NCBI GenBank assembly: GCA_045601885.1
Contig: JAZSAN010000005.1
Location: 21,851-85,850 of the forward strand
DNA: 64,000 bases
Source: Acutalibacteraceae bacterium
GTDB taxonomy: Bacteria > Bacillota > Clostridia > Oscillospirales > Acutalibacteraceae
Direction of reading: 5' to 3'
The translations under genes and the position numbers were made by a program. The notes below the pieces were generated by a model. The model was not told the origin of the DNA and did no database searches. It saw only the letters and a list, made by a program, of their open reading frames with translations. Every line of letters begins with the position of its first letter. Within the stretch, counting starts at the first letter, position 1. Below, in pieces: positions 35,242 through 45,761 of the stretch.

Positions 35242-36447
35242 TTACCTCTCATTTAATCCTATAACATTACAAGTAGCATCGCCGTCAGAGAATTTTACAT
35301 TTATTGTATCTCCAACTTCCAAAGCATCTGTAGAATTAATTACATTTTGCCCTTTTGTTGCAACGCTGTATCCACGTGATAAAATATTTAGCGGACTTAA
35401 TGCGTTCAGCTTTGCGACGCGTTCTTTGAATTTAAATTTATTTGACTCAATAGCTGTATTATAAACATTTACTAACGCTGTCTCTGCACGTTCAAGACGA
35501 TGAACTGTATTTAGAACAAGTCGCTCGCCATTGGATAAAACCGACCCTTGAATCAAAGAACTCAGACTTGAATATTTATGCATAAGTAAGTTTTTATATA
35601 AAAACAGTGTTCTCTCAAATAAAGAATCAATATTAAGTTTAAGCTCGTTTATATCGGGAACCGCCAACTCTGCCGCTGCAGACGGGGTTGGTGCGCGCAG
35701 GTCTGCAACAAAATCGCAAATTGTAAAATCGGTCTCATGACCTACTGCCGAAATAACCGGTATTTTACAATCAAAAATTGCCTTTGCGAGTTTTTCATTG
35801 TTAAATGCCCACAAATCCTCAATTGAGCCGCCACCACGTCCAATAATTACCGTATCAATGTCATCTAAGCTTTGTACAGTGTTTAACGCTCTGACAAGGT
35901 CATCGGGCGCGCTCTCACCCTGCACCAAAGCAGGAATGAGCACAACCTCGCAAACAGGATATCGGCGCTCCAAAATATTTAAAATATCTCTGACCGCAGC
36001 ACCTGTTTCGGATGTTATAACACAAATTTTTTTAGGATATTTCGGTATCGGTTTTTTATGAGAAATATCAAAATATCCAAGCGCATCAAGCTTTTCTTTA
36101 ATCTGTTCAAAAGCAACAGCCAAATCACCGATTCCTTCAGGTATCATCTCGTCGGCGTAAAACTGATATGAACCGTCGCGTTCATAAAGAGAAACACGGC
36201 CACGGCAGATAACGCTCATACCGTCTTTTGGCTCAAACTTTAAATACTGTGCACTGGAGCGGAACATAACCGCTTTTATCACCGCATCTTTATCCTTCAA
36301 GGAAAAATAAAGGTGGCCACTTTGATAATGGTTTTTAAAGTTTGAAATTTCTCCCTTTAAATAAAGCGAAGAAAGACGGTAATCGCCTTCAATTATTGAT
36401 TTAACGTAACTGTTTAGCTGCTTAACGGTTAAAACAGTCGGCTGCAT
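35242..36447 (-). CDS. xseA: Exodeoxyribonuclease VII large subunit
   Basis: OB-fold N-terminus (GEISNFKNHYQSGHLYFSLKD) and RGGGS. Confidence 0.95.
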   Translation of the reverse strand: MQPTVLTVKQLNSYVKSIIEGDYRLSSLYLKGEISNFKNHYQSGHLYFSLKDKDAVIKAVMFRSSAQYLKFEPKDGMSVICRGRVSLYERDGSYQFYADEMIPEGIGDLAVAFEQIKEKLDALGYFDISHKKPIPKYPKKICVITSETGAAVRDILNILERRYPVCEVVLIPALVQGESAPDDLVRALNTVQSLDDIDTVIIGRGGGSIEDLWAFNNEKLAKAIFDCKIPVISAVGHETDFTICDFVADLRAPTPSAAAELAVPDINELKLNIDSLFERTLFLYKNLLMHKYSSLSSLIQGSVLSNGERLVLNTVHRLERAETALVNVYNTAIESNKFKFKERVAKLNALSPLNILSRGYSVATKGQNVINSTDALEVGDTINVKFSDGDATCNVIGLNER

Positions 36448-36450
36448 AAA

Positions 36451-36852
36451 TTACCTGCTTTCGATTGATTTTGCGATTGAACCTAAAACTCCATTAATAT
36501 ACGAAGCATCATCCTTGGTTGAATATTTTTTCGCCAATTCAACCGCCTCGTTTATTGAAACGCTTATGGGAACCTCGTCAATAAAATGCATTTCATATAT
36601 AGCTACACGCATAAGCGCGAGGCTTACTTTTGACAATCGGTTGATTTTCCAACCACGCAAATTTTCGGTTATTGTATTATCAATACTTTCTATATTTTCA
36701 AAGACACCGCAGAAAACCTGCTCAACATAATCGTTATATTCAAAATCACGCGCTTCAATCGCATCCTTAATTATACAATCAACCGTTTCATCTCTGAAAT
36801 ATTTTTCAAAAACAAGTATAAATGCATTTTCTCTTGCAGCTTTTCTGTTCAT
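36451..36852 (-). CDS. nusB: Transcription antitermination factor NusB
   Basis: MNRKAARENAFILVFE..., with the start at the internal ATG 36852. Confidence 0.9.
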   Translation of the reverse strand: MNRKAARENAFILVFEKYFRDETVDCIIKDAIEARDFEYNDYVEQVFCGVFENIESIDNTITENLRGWKINRLSKVSLALMRVAIYEMHFIDEVPISVSINEAVELAKKYSTKDDASYINGVLGSIAKSIESR

Positions 36853-37013
36853 AAGGCACCAACTCTCATAAATATGCAATTATATAATATACTATATATG
36901 CAAATTTTTCAATAAAAAACTATGATTATTTTATATTAATATTAAAATACTTGTAAAATCGACAAAAGGGTGTTATAATATTTTCCACAAATCTAATTTG
37001 AATTTGGAGGATT

Positions 37014-37571
37014 ATGATGTCTGCAGGATTCAGAAAAAGTTTTTTAGGATTTAATTGTGACGATGTCATTAACTACATAGAGGCTTCTCAAGCCAAATTT
37101 ACAAGACGCGAAGCCGAGCTTAATTCAAAGATTTCCGAGCTTGAAGCTCAGCATCTTGAAGCTTTATCACAAATAGAAGCTATCAACGCTCAAAAGGCTC
37201 TTGTTGAATCCGAGCTCGCCACATACAAGGCAAAATGCGACGAAATTGAGCACCTGAGCGATAGCATTGGAAAACTGTATTTGGTTTCACAAACAAGCGC
37301 AAAAAATATTATTAACAACTCGGTTGAGTCTTCAAAGCTTGCTAACGAAGAAATCTTTAAAAACATTGATTCAATTGATACCGCGCACGGTGCTTTGCTC
37401 GAAATAAGGGCACAGATTGAAGAGACAACAAGAAACTTTATCAACAAGGTTGATTACCTTTCTTCCTCTCTTGAAGCAACAAAGGGCGCTCTTGTAGAGC
37501 GTGGCATTGATTCTGACAAACAACTCGAAGAATTTAACGCTGTATTCAACAAAATTAATAACACCATATAA
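37014..37571 (+). CDS. DivIVA-domain coiled-coil protein
   Basis: FRKSFLGFNCDDVINYI N-terminus followed by a long coiled coil. Confidence 0.55.
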   Translation: MMSAGFRKSFLGFNCDDVINYIEASQAKFTRREAELNSKISELEAQHLEALSQIEAINAQKALVESELATYKAKCDEIEHLSDSIGKLYLVSQTSAKNIINNSVESSKLANEEIFKNIDSIDTAHGALLEIRAQIEETTRNFINKVDYLSSSLEATKGALVERGIDSDKQLEEFNAVFNKINNTI

Positions 37572-37572
37572 C

Positions 37573-37601
37573 AAAAACCACCGCAATCGCGGTGGTTTTT
37601 T
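37573..37601. terminator. Bidirectional terminator
   Basis: AAAAACCACCGC-aat-GCGGTGGTTTTTT. Confidence 0.75.
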
Positions 37602-38466
37602 AAAGTTCTAATAAATATTTTTTTAGGATAATTTCGGGATAATAGGATAATTTTGCTTTGCGAAGGCCCTCAATACCTAAGTCGTCTTCCCTATTGACAA
37701 GGCTATAATTTTCCAATTCGTTTTTAACAAATTCATTGTTAATAACCGAATATGCACCCTGATATTCATTCAGCGCTTTTTCGATATTCACATCGAAAAC
37801 TTCGTCATTAAGCGCCGTGCCAAAAGAGTATGCAACCGGCTCGTCCTCTACATAAATAATTCCGCCAACTATTTGAAGCTCTTTAAAATACGAAAGTGCT
37901 CTTTTTATTGCGCTGTTTTCGTGTAACAGAGATTCATCAAGAATGTCTGCGCGTTCTTTAAGCCACAAATCCGAAACTTTTATAACATCACATATATTCT
38001 CTTCGCTCATTGTCTCATAATGCCAACTATATTTTCTCGAAAAGGCGGATAAGTGATTTCTTTTTTGATGATATTTTTTCCCCGAAAGATTAAACAATGC
38101 CTCTTTGCTATAAATATATTCAAAATTCTCAGGTATTGGTTTAAGCCCGTATTTACCTTTGTAAAAATGCAAAAATTTATCCAATCGTTCACCCTTAGAC
38201 ACGCAAAAAACAGGGTGGCCATTTTCTGCCTTTAAAATTTCATCAAAGGCTAACTGAAAATCATTTCCCAACGGCAGAAAATATATATTATTTTTTCCTT
38301 CGCTCAGTCTTATAACAAGCGAATCGCCACACAAAGAATATCTATAATTATAGCGGTCCTTCCAAATAATAGCATTCAAATATGAATTTTCGCACGTCAT
38401 TTCGTTGTTGGATAAATATTTTTTATATTTTAAATATTCGGTCTCTTTTGGCTCAAAAAATTGCAT
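37600..38466 (-). CDS. DUF2156-like (lysyl-PG synthase C-terminal-like, GNAT fold) protein
   Basis: Length, plus YHQKRNHLSAF and N-terminal patterns typical of this family. Confidence 0.55.
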   Translation of the reverse strand: MQFFEPKETEYLKYKKYLSNNEMTCENSYLNAIIWKDRYNYRYSLCGDSLVIRLSEGKNNIYFLPLGNDFQLAFDEILKAENGHPVFCVSKGERLDKFLHFYKGKYGLKPIPENFEYIYSKEALFNLSGKKYHQKRNHLSAFSRKYSWHYETMSEENICDVIKVSDLWLKERADILDESLLHENSAIKRALSYFKELQIVGGIIYVEDEPVAYSFGTALNDEVFDVNIEKALNEYQGAYSVINNEFVKNELENYSLVNREDDLGIEGLRKAKLSYYPEIILKKYLLEL

Positions 38467-38560
38467 TTTTTCACTTCTAAACTATTATTTTTTTAGATTA
38501 TTATACCACTTTTGCACCCAAATGCAACAAAAAAACCCTTCTTTTTGAAGGGTTTTTTGT

Positions 38561-40090
38561 TTAACAAGACACTAACAGCATTTTATTGCAATCAATAATT
38601 TCGCCAACAGAATTTACGCTCATTATATCACTCGGTGAGGCATTAAAGCGTTTTGCAATATCCCAAACTGATTCGCCTTCGGTTGCAAAATAGACCATTA
38701 ACGAACACTCATTTGTGCATTTTTCAACATTTTCCTGCGGTATTTGAATATCCGTTAATATATTAATTTGTTTTATTTCATAAAGCGAAGCACTTACATC
38801 CAAAATAACCTGAACATCGATTGAATTATTCCCTACCAATGTATAGCTTGAACCCTTACAAAAAATCTGTGGTTGGCATTTTATGTTTTGAGGCATATCA
38901 TTTACCGCACACCTGCACTCAAAATCAATCGGCCTCTCAAAATAATTAATATCATTTTCTTGGTTTTTAGCAAACATACATACGGTTACGGTACCTGTAA
39001 ATATGATATTGTTATCTTCACATCGATAACCTTGTAATGCGCAATTACACCACATGTCTATGATATTTGAGATATCTCCATCTGAAAACTCAAGTTTTTT
39101 CTTGCAGGTAAAATTTTCCGAAATTTTATCAATCATTTTTTCAAAAACTGTATTTTCATTTTTTAGATTAAGATTAACTTTTGGCGAATATGCATCATAT
39201 ATAACCGCAACGTTATTATTGCAAACAGCACATGCTGTGATGCAGATTTTTGCATCTAAAGAAAAAGCACGAACGTCGCCGTCATATGCGCTACACGGCT
39301 TTAACTCGAAGGATGCAACATCCATCGAAATATCGCATTCACAATCCTCAGTTACACCATCAACATCTAAAATCTGACTGAAAGGAACTGTTGCGCTGAA
39401 TTTTTCAATACCTGCATCATTTACACAGGTATACAAAATATCAAGTGCCAACTCACCTTTTACAATTACTTTATCATTTATTATTTTATGATTTATCAAT
39501 GTTAAAACAGCATTATGCCTTAAAATATTTTCCACCGAGTGCTGTGACGGACCAAGTTCCAATTTTTCATCGATTATTGTGTTTTTTTCAACACAGTTAA
39601 CAAGCGATGTTGATGGCGCCTCTCCTCTGTTTACAAAAACTTCCGGGTTATCAATATCGCATATAATTTCAGAAGCTTTTTTACAACAGCCGCGAAGCTG
39701 TATATCGACAACACCGTGAACATTAATTCTTCGCTGATTTGATGCTTTTGCGTTAAGATAACTGCATTTTGCTTGTGCAGATATATTACAGTTTTCAAAC
39801 GATGCGCCTAAATCTATATTTTTTGCAAAAGGTATCATCTGTTCATACGAGCAAATTTTTCCGTTTTCATCCAAATAAACAATGTTAAAGCAGGCGTTTC
39901 CGTCTATTGTCAGCGTTTGTCCGCTAACGCTTTTTGAAGAAATTCTTGGCACGAGATAAGAACGAAGAATTTTTTGAATTTCGCCATAATAATCGGGGAG
40001 ATTTACATCAAAATCCAAACTCTGCTCAACACTTTGATTAAAGCAAAGCTCATTGGTGCAAACCTGCTGACGAGTTATATTAAGCTCCAT
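38561..40090 (-). CDS. DUF3794/SPOCS-domain protein with a C-terminal LysM
   Basis: The C-terminal GESVWDIAKRFNASPSDIMSVN is a LysM. The repeated beta-rich N-terminal region is typical of sporulation-associated DUF3794 proteins. Confidence 0.6.
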   Translation of the reverse strand: MELNITRQQVCTNELCFNQSVEQSLDFDVNLPDYYGEIQKILRSYLVPRISSKSVSGQTLTIDGNACFNIVYLDENGKICSYEQMIPFAKNIDLGASFENCNISAQAKCSYLNAKASNQRRINVHGVVDIQLRGCCKKASEIICDIDNPEVFVNRGEAPSTSLVNCVEKNTIIDEKLELGPSQHSVENILRHNAVLTLINHKIINDKVIVKGELALDILYTCVNDAGIEKFSATVPFSQILDVDGVTEDCECDISMDVASFELKPCSAYDGDVRAFSLDAKICITACAVCNNNVAVIYDAYSPKVNLNLKNENTVFEKMIDKISENFTCKKKLEFSDGDISNIIDMWCNCALQGYRCEDNNIIFTGTVTVCMFAKNQENDINYFERPIDFECRCAVNDMPQNIKCQPQIFCKGSSYTLVGNNSIDVQVILDVSASLYEIKQINILTDIQIPQENVEKCTNECSLMVYFATEGESVWDIAKRFNASPSDIMSVNSVGEIIDCNKMLLVSC

Positions 40091-40150
40091 AGTATCTTAC
40101 TCCTTAAAATAAATGTGGTAATAAATACTATGAAGCTTTAAAAATAAATA

Positions 40151-41044
40151 TTACGATTTACTTGTTTTTTTGAAGATTGATAGTGGCACCTGAGCCATAA
40201 TCACAGCCACGAACATTAAAAAACAGCCTATATATTCTTTATATGTCAATTTGTCGCCAAGAACAATTGCACCCGCAATCACGCTGAAAACCGATTCCAA
40301 ACTTAATAAAAGGGTTATTACAGTTGGGTTTGAATTCTTTTGTGCCATTATTTGAAGAGTATACGCAATTCCGCTTGAAAAAATACCGACATATAAAATC
40401 GGCATCGCACAACTAATTATTGCAGAAAAATCGAATTTTTCAAAAATTAACATACCGAGTGCAGATAAAACACTAGCCGTTGCAAACTGAACACACGAAA
40501 GCTTTATGCAGTCAACCCTTGATGAATAATGGTCGACAAATAAAATCTGCACTGAAAATACGAAAGCGCACAATATTAAAAATATATCACTTCTATTTAC
40601 CGAAAAATCGCCCTTGACACACAAAAAATATAAACCAAAGACTGCAATAACTACACTTAGCCAAACTGTAATAGGTGCTTTTTTATGTAAAAAAATACTT
40701 AAAATCGGCACAATTACTATATAGAGTGCAGTAATAAATCCTGCTTTTCCCGCTGCAGTATCAGAAAGACTGGCTTGCTGCAATGCGGTTGCAACAGTTA
40801 ATACAGTTCCACACAAAATGCCGCCTGTGAGCAACTGCTTATTGTTCTTTGGTGCGGTCTTTTCTTTTGTTTTTTTAGATAATGAAAGCACTAAAACTAT
40901 GATTAACAAAAAGACCGTTGCAACAATAGAACGCGACATATTAAAAGCAAATGGAGATACGGTTTCTGCACTTACGCTTTGTGCAACAAAAGCAGTTCCC
41001 CAAATAAAAGCGGCCAACACCGCATATATATTTTGTTTTTTCAC
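40151..41044 (-). CDS. DMT-superfamily (EamA) transporter
   Basis: Ten TM segments arranged as two EamA halves. Confidence 0.85.
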   Translation of the reverse strand: MKKQNIYAVLAAFIWGTAFVAQSVSAETVSPFAFNMSRSIVATVFLLIIVLVLSLSKKTKEKTAPKNNKQLLTGGILCGTVLTVATALQQASLSDTAAGKAGFITALYIVIVPILSIFLHKKAPITVWLSVVIAVFGLYFLCVKGDFSVNRSDIFLILCAFVFSVQILFVDHYSSRVDCIKLSCVQFATASVLSALGMLIFEKFDFSAIISCAMPILYVGIFSSGIAYTLQIMAQKNSNPTVITLLLSLESVFSVIAGAIVLGDKLTYKEYIGCFLMFVAVIMAQVPLSIFKKTSKS

Positions 41045-41920
41045 CTATACACCCTCACAGTCGAAAATTGGAATGTATTCCTCGCTCGAGCTTGACCTTT
41101 CCTGAATATATGAATTATAAAAATTTTTATTTAACAGATGGTTTACAACTTTTTCGTATTCCCTATCGGTCACGCGTCGTGATAATTCTTTGAATTTACA
41201 GGCATCGCCATAGGGCAAATATTGAGACATAAGAGAAAACACTGCATTCTTACAGTTTTCACTTGCCCAATCAATTATTTTTATCGCATCATTGGTTGCA
41301 GACGGCAAGAGCAGATGCCTTATAATTACGCCTTTTTGCATTATTCCGTCTTTAGAAAATTCCGGTTTTCCTATTCTGTCATGTGCCTTCTTAATAACCT
41401 TGGCAGCGATTTCAAAATAGTTTTTTGCTGCCGCATATTTTAAGGATTTTTCGTCATCGTAAAATTTCAAATCAAAGAGATATACATCGACAAAATCGAG
41501 ATTTGCAACCGACTCGTCATCATACCCGCCACAGTTATAAACAATCGGGATTTTGGGGGTATAAATTTCTAAAGCTTTTTTAATTGCATCAACATAATGC
41601 GTCGGATTGACAAGGTTTATATTATTAGCACCTTTTTCTTCAAGCTCTCTGAATATTTCCGCAAGTCTTTGATAGGAAATGGTTTTACCGTATCCGTCGT
41701 GACTAAGCTTATAATTCTGACAAAACACACATCTTAAGCTGCAACCCGAAAAAAAGACGGTTCCTGAACCGTCTTTTCCGCTTATACAAGGCTCCTCCCA
41801 AAAATGAAGACACGCCTTTGCAATCCTTGGTAAAGACGGCATTTTACAAAAACCGCCGATATTTGTGTTTTCGGTTCGCTCTGCATTACACCTTCTTGGA
41901 CAAAGATTGCACTTGTTCAT
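41045..41920 (-). CDS. Radical SAM protein (PflA-like activase family)
   Basis: CSLRCVFCQN CxxxCxxC cluster plus an N-terminal Cys motif. Confidence 0.8.
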   Translation of the reverse strand: MNKCNLCPRRCNAERTENTNIGGFCKMPSLPRIAKACLHFWEEPCISGKDGSGTVFFSGCSLRCVFCQNYKLSHDGYGKTISYQRLAEIFRELEEKGANNINLVNPTHYVDAIKKALEIYTPKIPIVYNCGGYDDESVANLDFVDVYLFDLKFYDDEKSLKYAAAKNYFEIAAKVIKKAHDRIGKPEFSKDGIMQKGVIIRHLLLPSATNDAIKIIDWASENCKNAVFSLMSQYLPYGDACKFKELSRRVTDREYEKVVNHLLNKNFYNSYIQERSSSSEEYIPIFDCEGV

Positions 41921-42779
41921 TTATTTCACCCTTCTTCTTTATAGGCAAAACGAGTCTTTTCGTAACAACATAGTCATAATGCTTTTTAAAGGCAAGTCTG
42001 CCTACGAAAGAATTATTACATTTTCTGCATTTAAAATTTGCACTAAACCAATGGTTTTTATAAACCCATTTTGTTTTGCGCTTTGCGTATGTACCGCATT
42101 TATCACATTTAAATCGCAAAAAATCTTTATCTACCGCATTATCATTTATGCTTGTGATTGCATATGGCTTGAAAATCAAGCGATTAAAGAAATCGGCTGT
42201 TGTAGCATCTTTCGAAACACTCATAAGTCTTTCTTTATCGTATGTTTTCTTTAAAATTTCTGCCGATAACATACTATCATCGCGAGCTGTGTGAAGTTCA
42301 AAGCCTTCGGTATTCAAATGAATCATTTCCGCTGCTGTTTTAAGCGATATTTGCCCTTTAAAATCGTGTCCGCTTCGATGCAAAAAATCCTGAACATATC
42401 CCTGCAAATCAACATAACGGCCGATTTTAAATATTTTATTCTCTCCAAACATACGGCAGTTTTCCACGATGGCATAAAGGTCTGACGTGCTCCAAGTTAA
42501 AGTGATTACATCATTGCCCGCCCAAGCATTATAAATATCAACAGCATCGGGCAAGTACACTCCTGACAACATTTCATCATTTGAAATATTTGTGAGTTGT
42601 TTAAAACGGTTGCTTAAGCGTTTTGTCAACTGCGAATGGACCATAATGGTTATGTCATCAACAAACTCAAGCTTTTCATTTAATTTCACAGCACCGATTT
42701 GCACTATTTCGTTAATGAATTTTTGACATTTTTTGCAGTATGCACTATTCCATTCAAGGTCAAGTATAATGTAATTCAT
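41886..42779 (-). CDS. DEDDh 3'-5' exonuclease with a C-terminal Zn-ribbon
   Basis: ILDLEWN (Exo I), HTARDDS (Exo III), and C-terminal CDKCG...CRKC. Confidence 0.75.
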   Translation of the reverse strand: MNYIILDLEWNSAYCKKCQKFINEIVQIGAVKLNEKLEFVDDITIMVHSQLTKRLSNRFKQLTNISNDEMLSGVYLPDAVDIYNAWAGNDVITLTWSTSDLYAIVENCRMFGENKIFKIGRYVDLQGYVQDFLHRSGHDFKGQISLKTAAEMIHLNTEGFELHTARDDSMLSAEILKKTYDKERLMSVSKDATTADFFNRLIFKPYAITSINDNAVDKDFLRFKCDKCGTYAKRKTKWVYKNHWFSANFKCRKCNNSFVGRLAFKKHYDYVVTKRLVLPIKKKGEINEQVQSLSKKV

Positions 42780-44602
42780 CGGTTTTTTGCCTCGTGTTTC
42801 ATACGAAGTTCCTTGTTGAGAATGCGTTTGCGCAGACGAGTTGCGTTAGGTGTGATTTCAACCAATTCATCGTCCTTTATAAACTCAAGACACTGCTCTA
42901 GGCTTAACTGTGTATGCGGCACTAAACGAAGTGCATCATCAGAGCCTGAGGCGCGTGTATTTGTCATCTGTTTTTTCTTGCAGACATTACAAACTATATC
43001 TTCATTTTTCGGATTTTCCCCGATTATCATTCCCTCATATACAGGAGTTCCCGGTCCAATAAACAGTTTACCTCTGCTTTGGGTATTGAAAAGTCCATAG
43101 CCTGTGGCTTCGCCCGTTTCGTGAGCAACTATTGAGCCTGTGGAACGTTGGTCAAGGTCACCTTTATAAATGTCATAGCGTTCAAACACATGGCTCATAA
43201 TACCGTTTCCGTTGGTGTCGGTCAGAAATTGCGAACGGAATCCAAGCAAGCCTCTTGCAGGAATTAAAAACTCTAAATGAGATGTTCCGTCATCACGGGT
43301 ACCCATATTTTTAATTTCGGCCTTGCGAGAGCCGAGTCGCTCCATTACGACACCGACATATTCTTCCGGAACTTCTATCATCAAAAGTTCAATCGGTTCA
43401 AGCAGATGGCCTTCACTGTCTTTTTTATAAATTACGGTTGGCGGAGATACCTGAAACTCATAGTTTTGACGACGCATTGTTTCTATAAGAATTGAAAGAT
43501 GGAGCTCACCACGGCCCGACACCTTAAACGTATCTGCAGAATCAGTATCTTCAACACGCAGACTAACGTTTGTTTCAACCTCTTTATAAAGACGCTCGCG
43601 CAGGTTTCTTGATGTAACATACTTACCGTCTTTTCCCGCAAATGGTGAATTGTTTACCATAAAATTCATAGAAAGCGTAGGCTCGTCGATTTTTACAAAA
43701 GGCATAGGGTCGATATGCTCGGGGTCGCATGCGGTCTCGCCGATGTTGAGTTCCTGCAAGCCCGAAACCTGAATAATATCGCCAACAGAAGCCATTTCAA
43801 CCTCTTTACGTTTAAGACCATTATACATATACAGATTACCGATTTTTGCCCTTGAAGATGTTCCGTCGGCATGGCAAAGGACAACCTGTTGACCATTCTT
43901 TATTACTCCGCGCTCAACCCTTCCAACGCCAATTCTTCCAACATATTCGTCATATTCAATATTCGAAAAAAGCACCTGAAGAGGACCTTCCATATCGCCG
44001 TTTGGTGCATCGATTTCATTTACAATCATCTCAAAGAGAGGCTTCATATCCTTTTTCTCGTCGCTCATTGGGTCAAAAACAGCATAACCGTCACGACCCG
44101 AAGCGTAAACAACGGGAAATTCTATCTGCTCGTCATCTGCGCCGAGTTCTATAAACAAATCTAAAACCTCGTCAACAACCTCAGCAGGACGCGCCATCGG
44201 TCTATCAACCTTATTAACAACCACAATGGCTTTTTTGCCAAGGCTCAAAGCCTTTTTAAGAACAAATCTTGTCTGCGGCATACAGCCTTCAAACGCGTCT
44301 ACAAGGAGTAAAACACCATCAACCATCATTAAAATGCGTTCAACCTCTCCACCAAAATCCGCATGTCCCGGTGTGTCGACAATATTGATTTTTACGTCGC
44401 CATACATAACGCTGGTGATTTTAGAAAGTATTGTTATACCACGCTCACGTTCAAGGTCGTTCGAATCCATTACTCGCTCATCGACCTGCTCGTTTGCACG
44501 AAAAGTTCCACTTTGTTTCAAAAGTTGGTCAACAAGGGTTGTTTTTCCGTGGTCAACGTGGGCAATTATTGCAATATTTCTAAGATTATCGATTTTTGGC
44601 AT
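42776..44602 (-). CDS. typA: Translational GTPase TypA/BipA
   Basis: NIAIIAHVDHGKTTLVD, DTPGHADF, and the expected length. Confidence 0.95.
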   Translation of the reverse strand: MPKIDNLRNIAIIAHVDHGKTTLVDQLLKQSGTFRANEQVDERVMDSNDLERERGITILSKITSVMYGDVKINIVDTPGHADFGGEVERILMMVDGVLLLVDAFEGCMPQTRFVLKKALSLGKKAIVVVNKVDRPMARPAEVVDEVLDLFIELGADDEQIEFPVVYASGRDGYAVFDPMSDEKKDMKPLFEMIVNEIDAPNGDMEGPLQVLFSNIEYDEYVGRIGVGRVERGVIKNGQQVVLCHADGTSSRAKIGNLYMYNGLKRKEVEMASVGDIIQVSGLQELNIGETACDPEHIDPMPFVKIDEPTLSMNFMVNNSPFAGKDGKYVTSRNLRERLYKEVETNVSLRVEDTDSADTFKVSGRGELHLSILIETMRRQNYEFQVSPPTVIYKKDSEGHLLEPIELLMIEVPEEYVGVVMERLGSRKAEIKNMGTRDDGTSHLEFLIPARGLLGFRSQFLTDTNGNGIMSHVFERYDIYKGDLDQRSTGSIVAHETGEATGYGLFNTQSRGKLFIGPGTPVYEGMIIGENPKNEDIVCNVCKKKQMTNTRASGSDDALRLVPHTQLSLEQCLEFIKDDELVEITPNATRLRKRILNKELRMKHEAKNR

Positions 44603-44726
44603 TTAAACATCTCCAAGCAAAAGTTTTCCAAATAATTATTATACTTTAGTGATATATTTTTGTCAAGAAAGCACCGCCATTATACGCAGTTTATTGACAT
44701 TATTTTTATTTGGTTTTATAATAATT

Positions 44727-45722
44727 ATGGTGATTGATGTGAAACACGAATTTTTAATTTCTGCGCCGCCCATAATTCGCGATTTTTTGACCTATAGCGA
44801 GAGCATTCGCGGTAAGTCATCTAATTCCATTGATGAATATTATCACGATTTACAGACCTTTTTTCGCTATATTAAAATGCAAAACGGCTTGGCGCGTGAT
44901 GCAAAATCATTTGAAGAAATTGACATTTCTGATGTAGATATTGCGCTTATTAAAACCGTTACCCTTTCGGATATTTATGCGTTTTTGGTTTATTGTAAAA
45001 ATGAGCGCGATAACAATGCAGCCACAAGAGCCCGAAAAGGCTCGACACTACGCATTTTCTTCAGGTATCTTACATCACATATGCATCTTCTTGAAACTAA
45101 CCCTGCAGAGCTTTTAGAATCACCAAAACTCAAAAAATCTTTGCCAAAACATCTCACGCTTGACGAAAGCAAAAAACTGCTTTCCTGCATTGACGGAAAC
45201 AACAAAGAGCGTGATTTTTGTATTGTCACCTTATTTTTAAACTGTGGAATGCGTCTTTCCGAACTTTGCGGATTAAACCTTACAGACATCGGCTCTGACG
45301 GTTCTTTACGCATACTTGGTAAGGGTAATAAAGAAAGAATTATTTACCTAAACTCTGCATGTGTAGAAGCGCTTGCAGCCTATCTTCCCCACCGACCCGT
45401 TGATAACGTTCCCTTTACCGAAAAGAACGCACTGTTTTTAAGTCGCAATAGAAAAAGAATCAGCAATAAAACAGTTCAGCATCTCGTATATACATATCTT
45501 GAAAAAGCAGGATTTGCCGACCGCGGATTATCTGTTCATAAGCTCCGTCACACCGCAGCAACTCTTATGTATCAACACGGAAATGTTGATATTAGAATTT
45601 TAAAAGACATTTTGGGGCATGCAAATCTTGGAACGACGCAAATTTATACCCACGTTTCTGACGAACAAGTGAAAACCGCATTAGAAGCAAATCCGCTTTC
45701 AAATATTTCACCAAAAAAATAA
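44727..45722 (+). CDS. xerC: Tyrosine recombinase XerC-like
   Basis: RDFLTYSESIRGKSSNSIDEYYHDL, HKLRHTAATLM, LGHANLGTTQIYTHV. The start is at the internal ATG 44727. Confidence 0.8.
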   Translation: MVIDVKHEFLISAPPIIRDFLTYSESIRGKSSNSIDEYYHDLQTFFRYIKMQNGLARDAKSFEEIDISDVDIALIKTVTLSDIYAFLVYCKNERDNNAATRARKGSTLRIFFRYLTSHMHLLETNPAELLESPKLKKSLPKHLTLDESKKLLSCIDGNNKERDFCIVTLFLNCGMRLSELCGLNLTDIGSDGSLRILGKGNKERIIYLNSACVEALAAYLPHRPVDNVPFTEKNALFLSRNRKRISNKTVQHLVYTYLEKAGFADRGLSVHKLRHTAATLMYQHGNVDIRILKDILGHANLGTTQIYTHVSDEQVKTALEANPLSNISPKK

Positions 45723-45725
45723 AAC

Positions 45726-45752
45726 AAGGCACTCTCATTTGAGAGTGCCTTT
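45726..45752. terminator. Bidirectional terminator
   Basis: AAGGCACTCTC-attt-GAGAGTGCCTT. Confidence 0.7.
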
Positions 45753-45761
45753 GAACATATA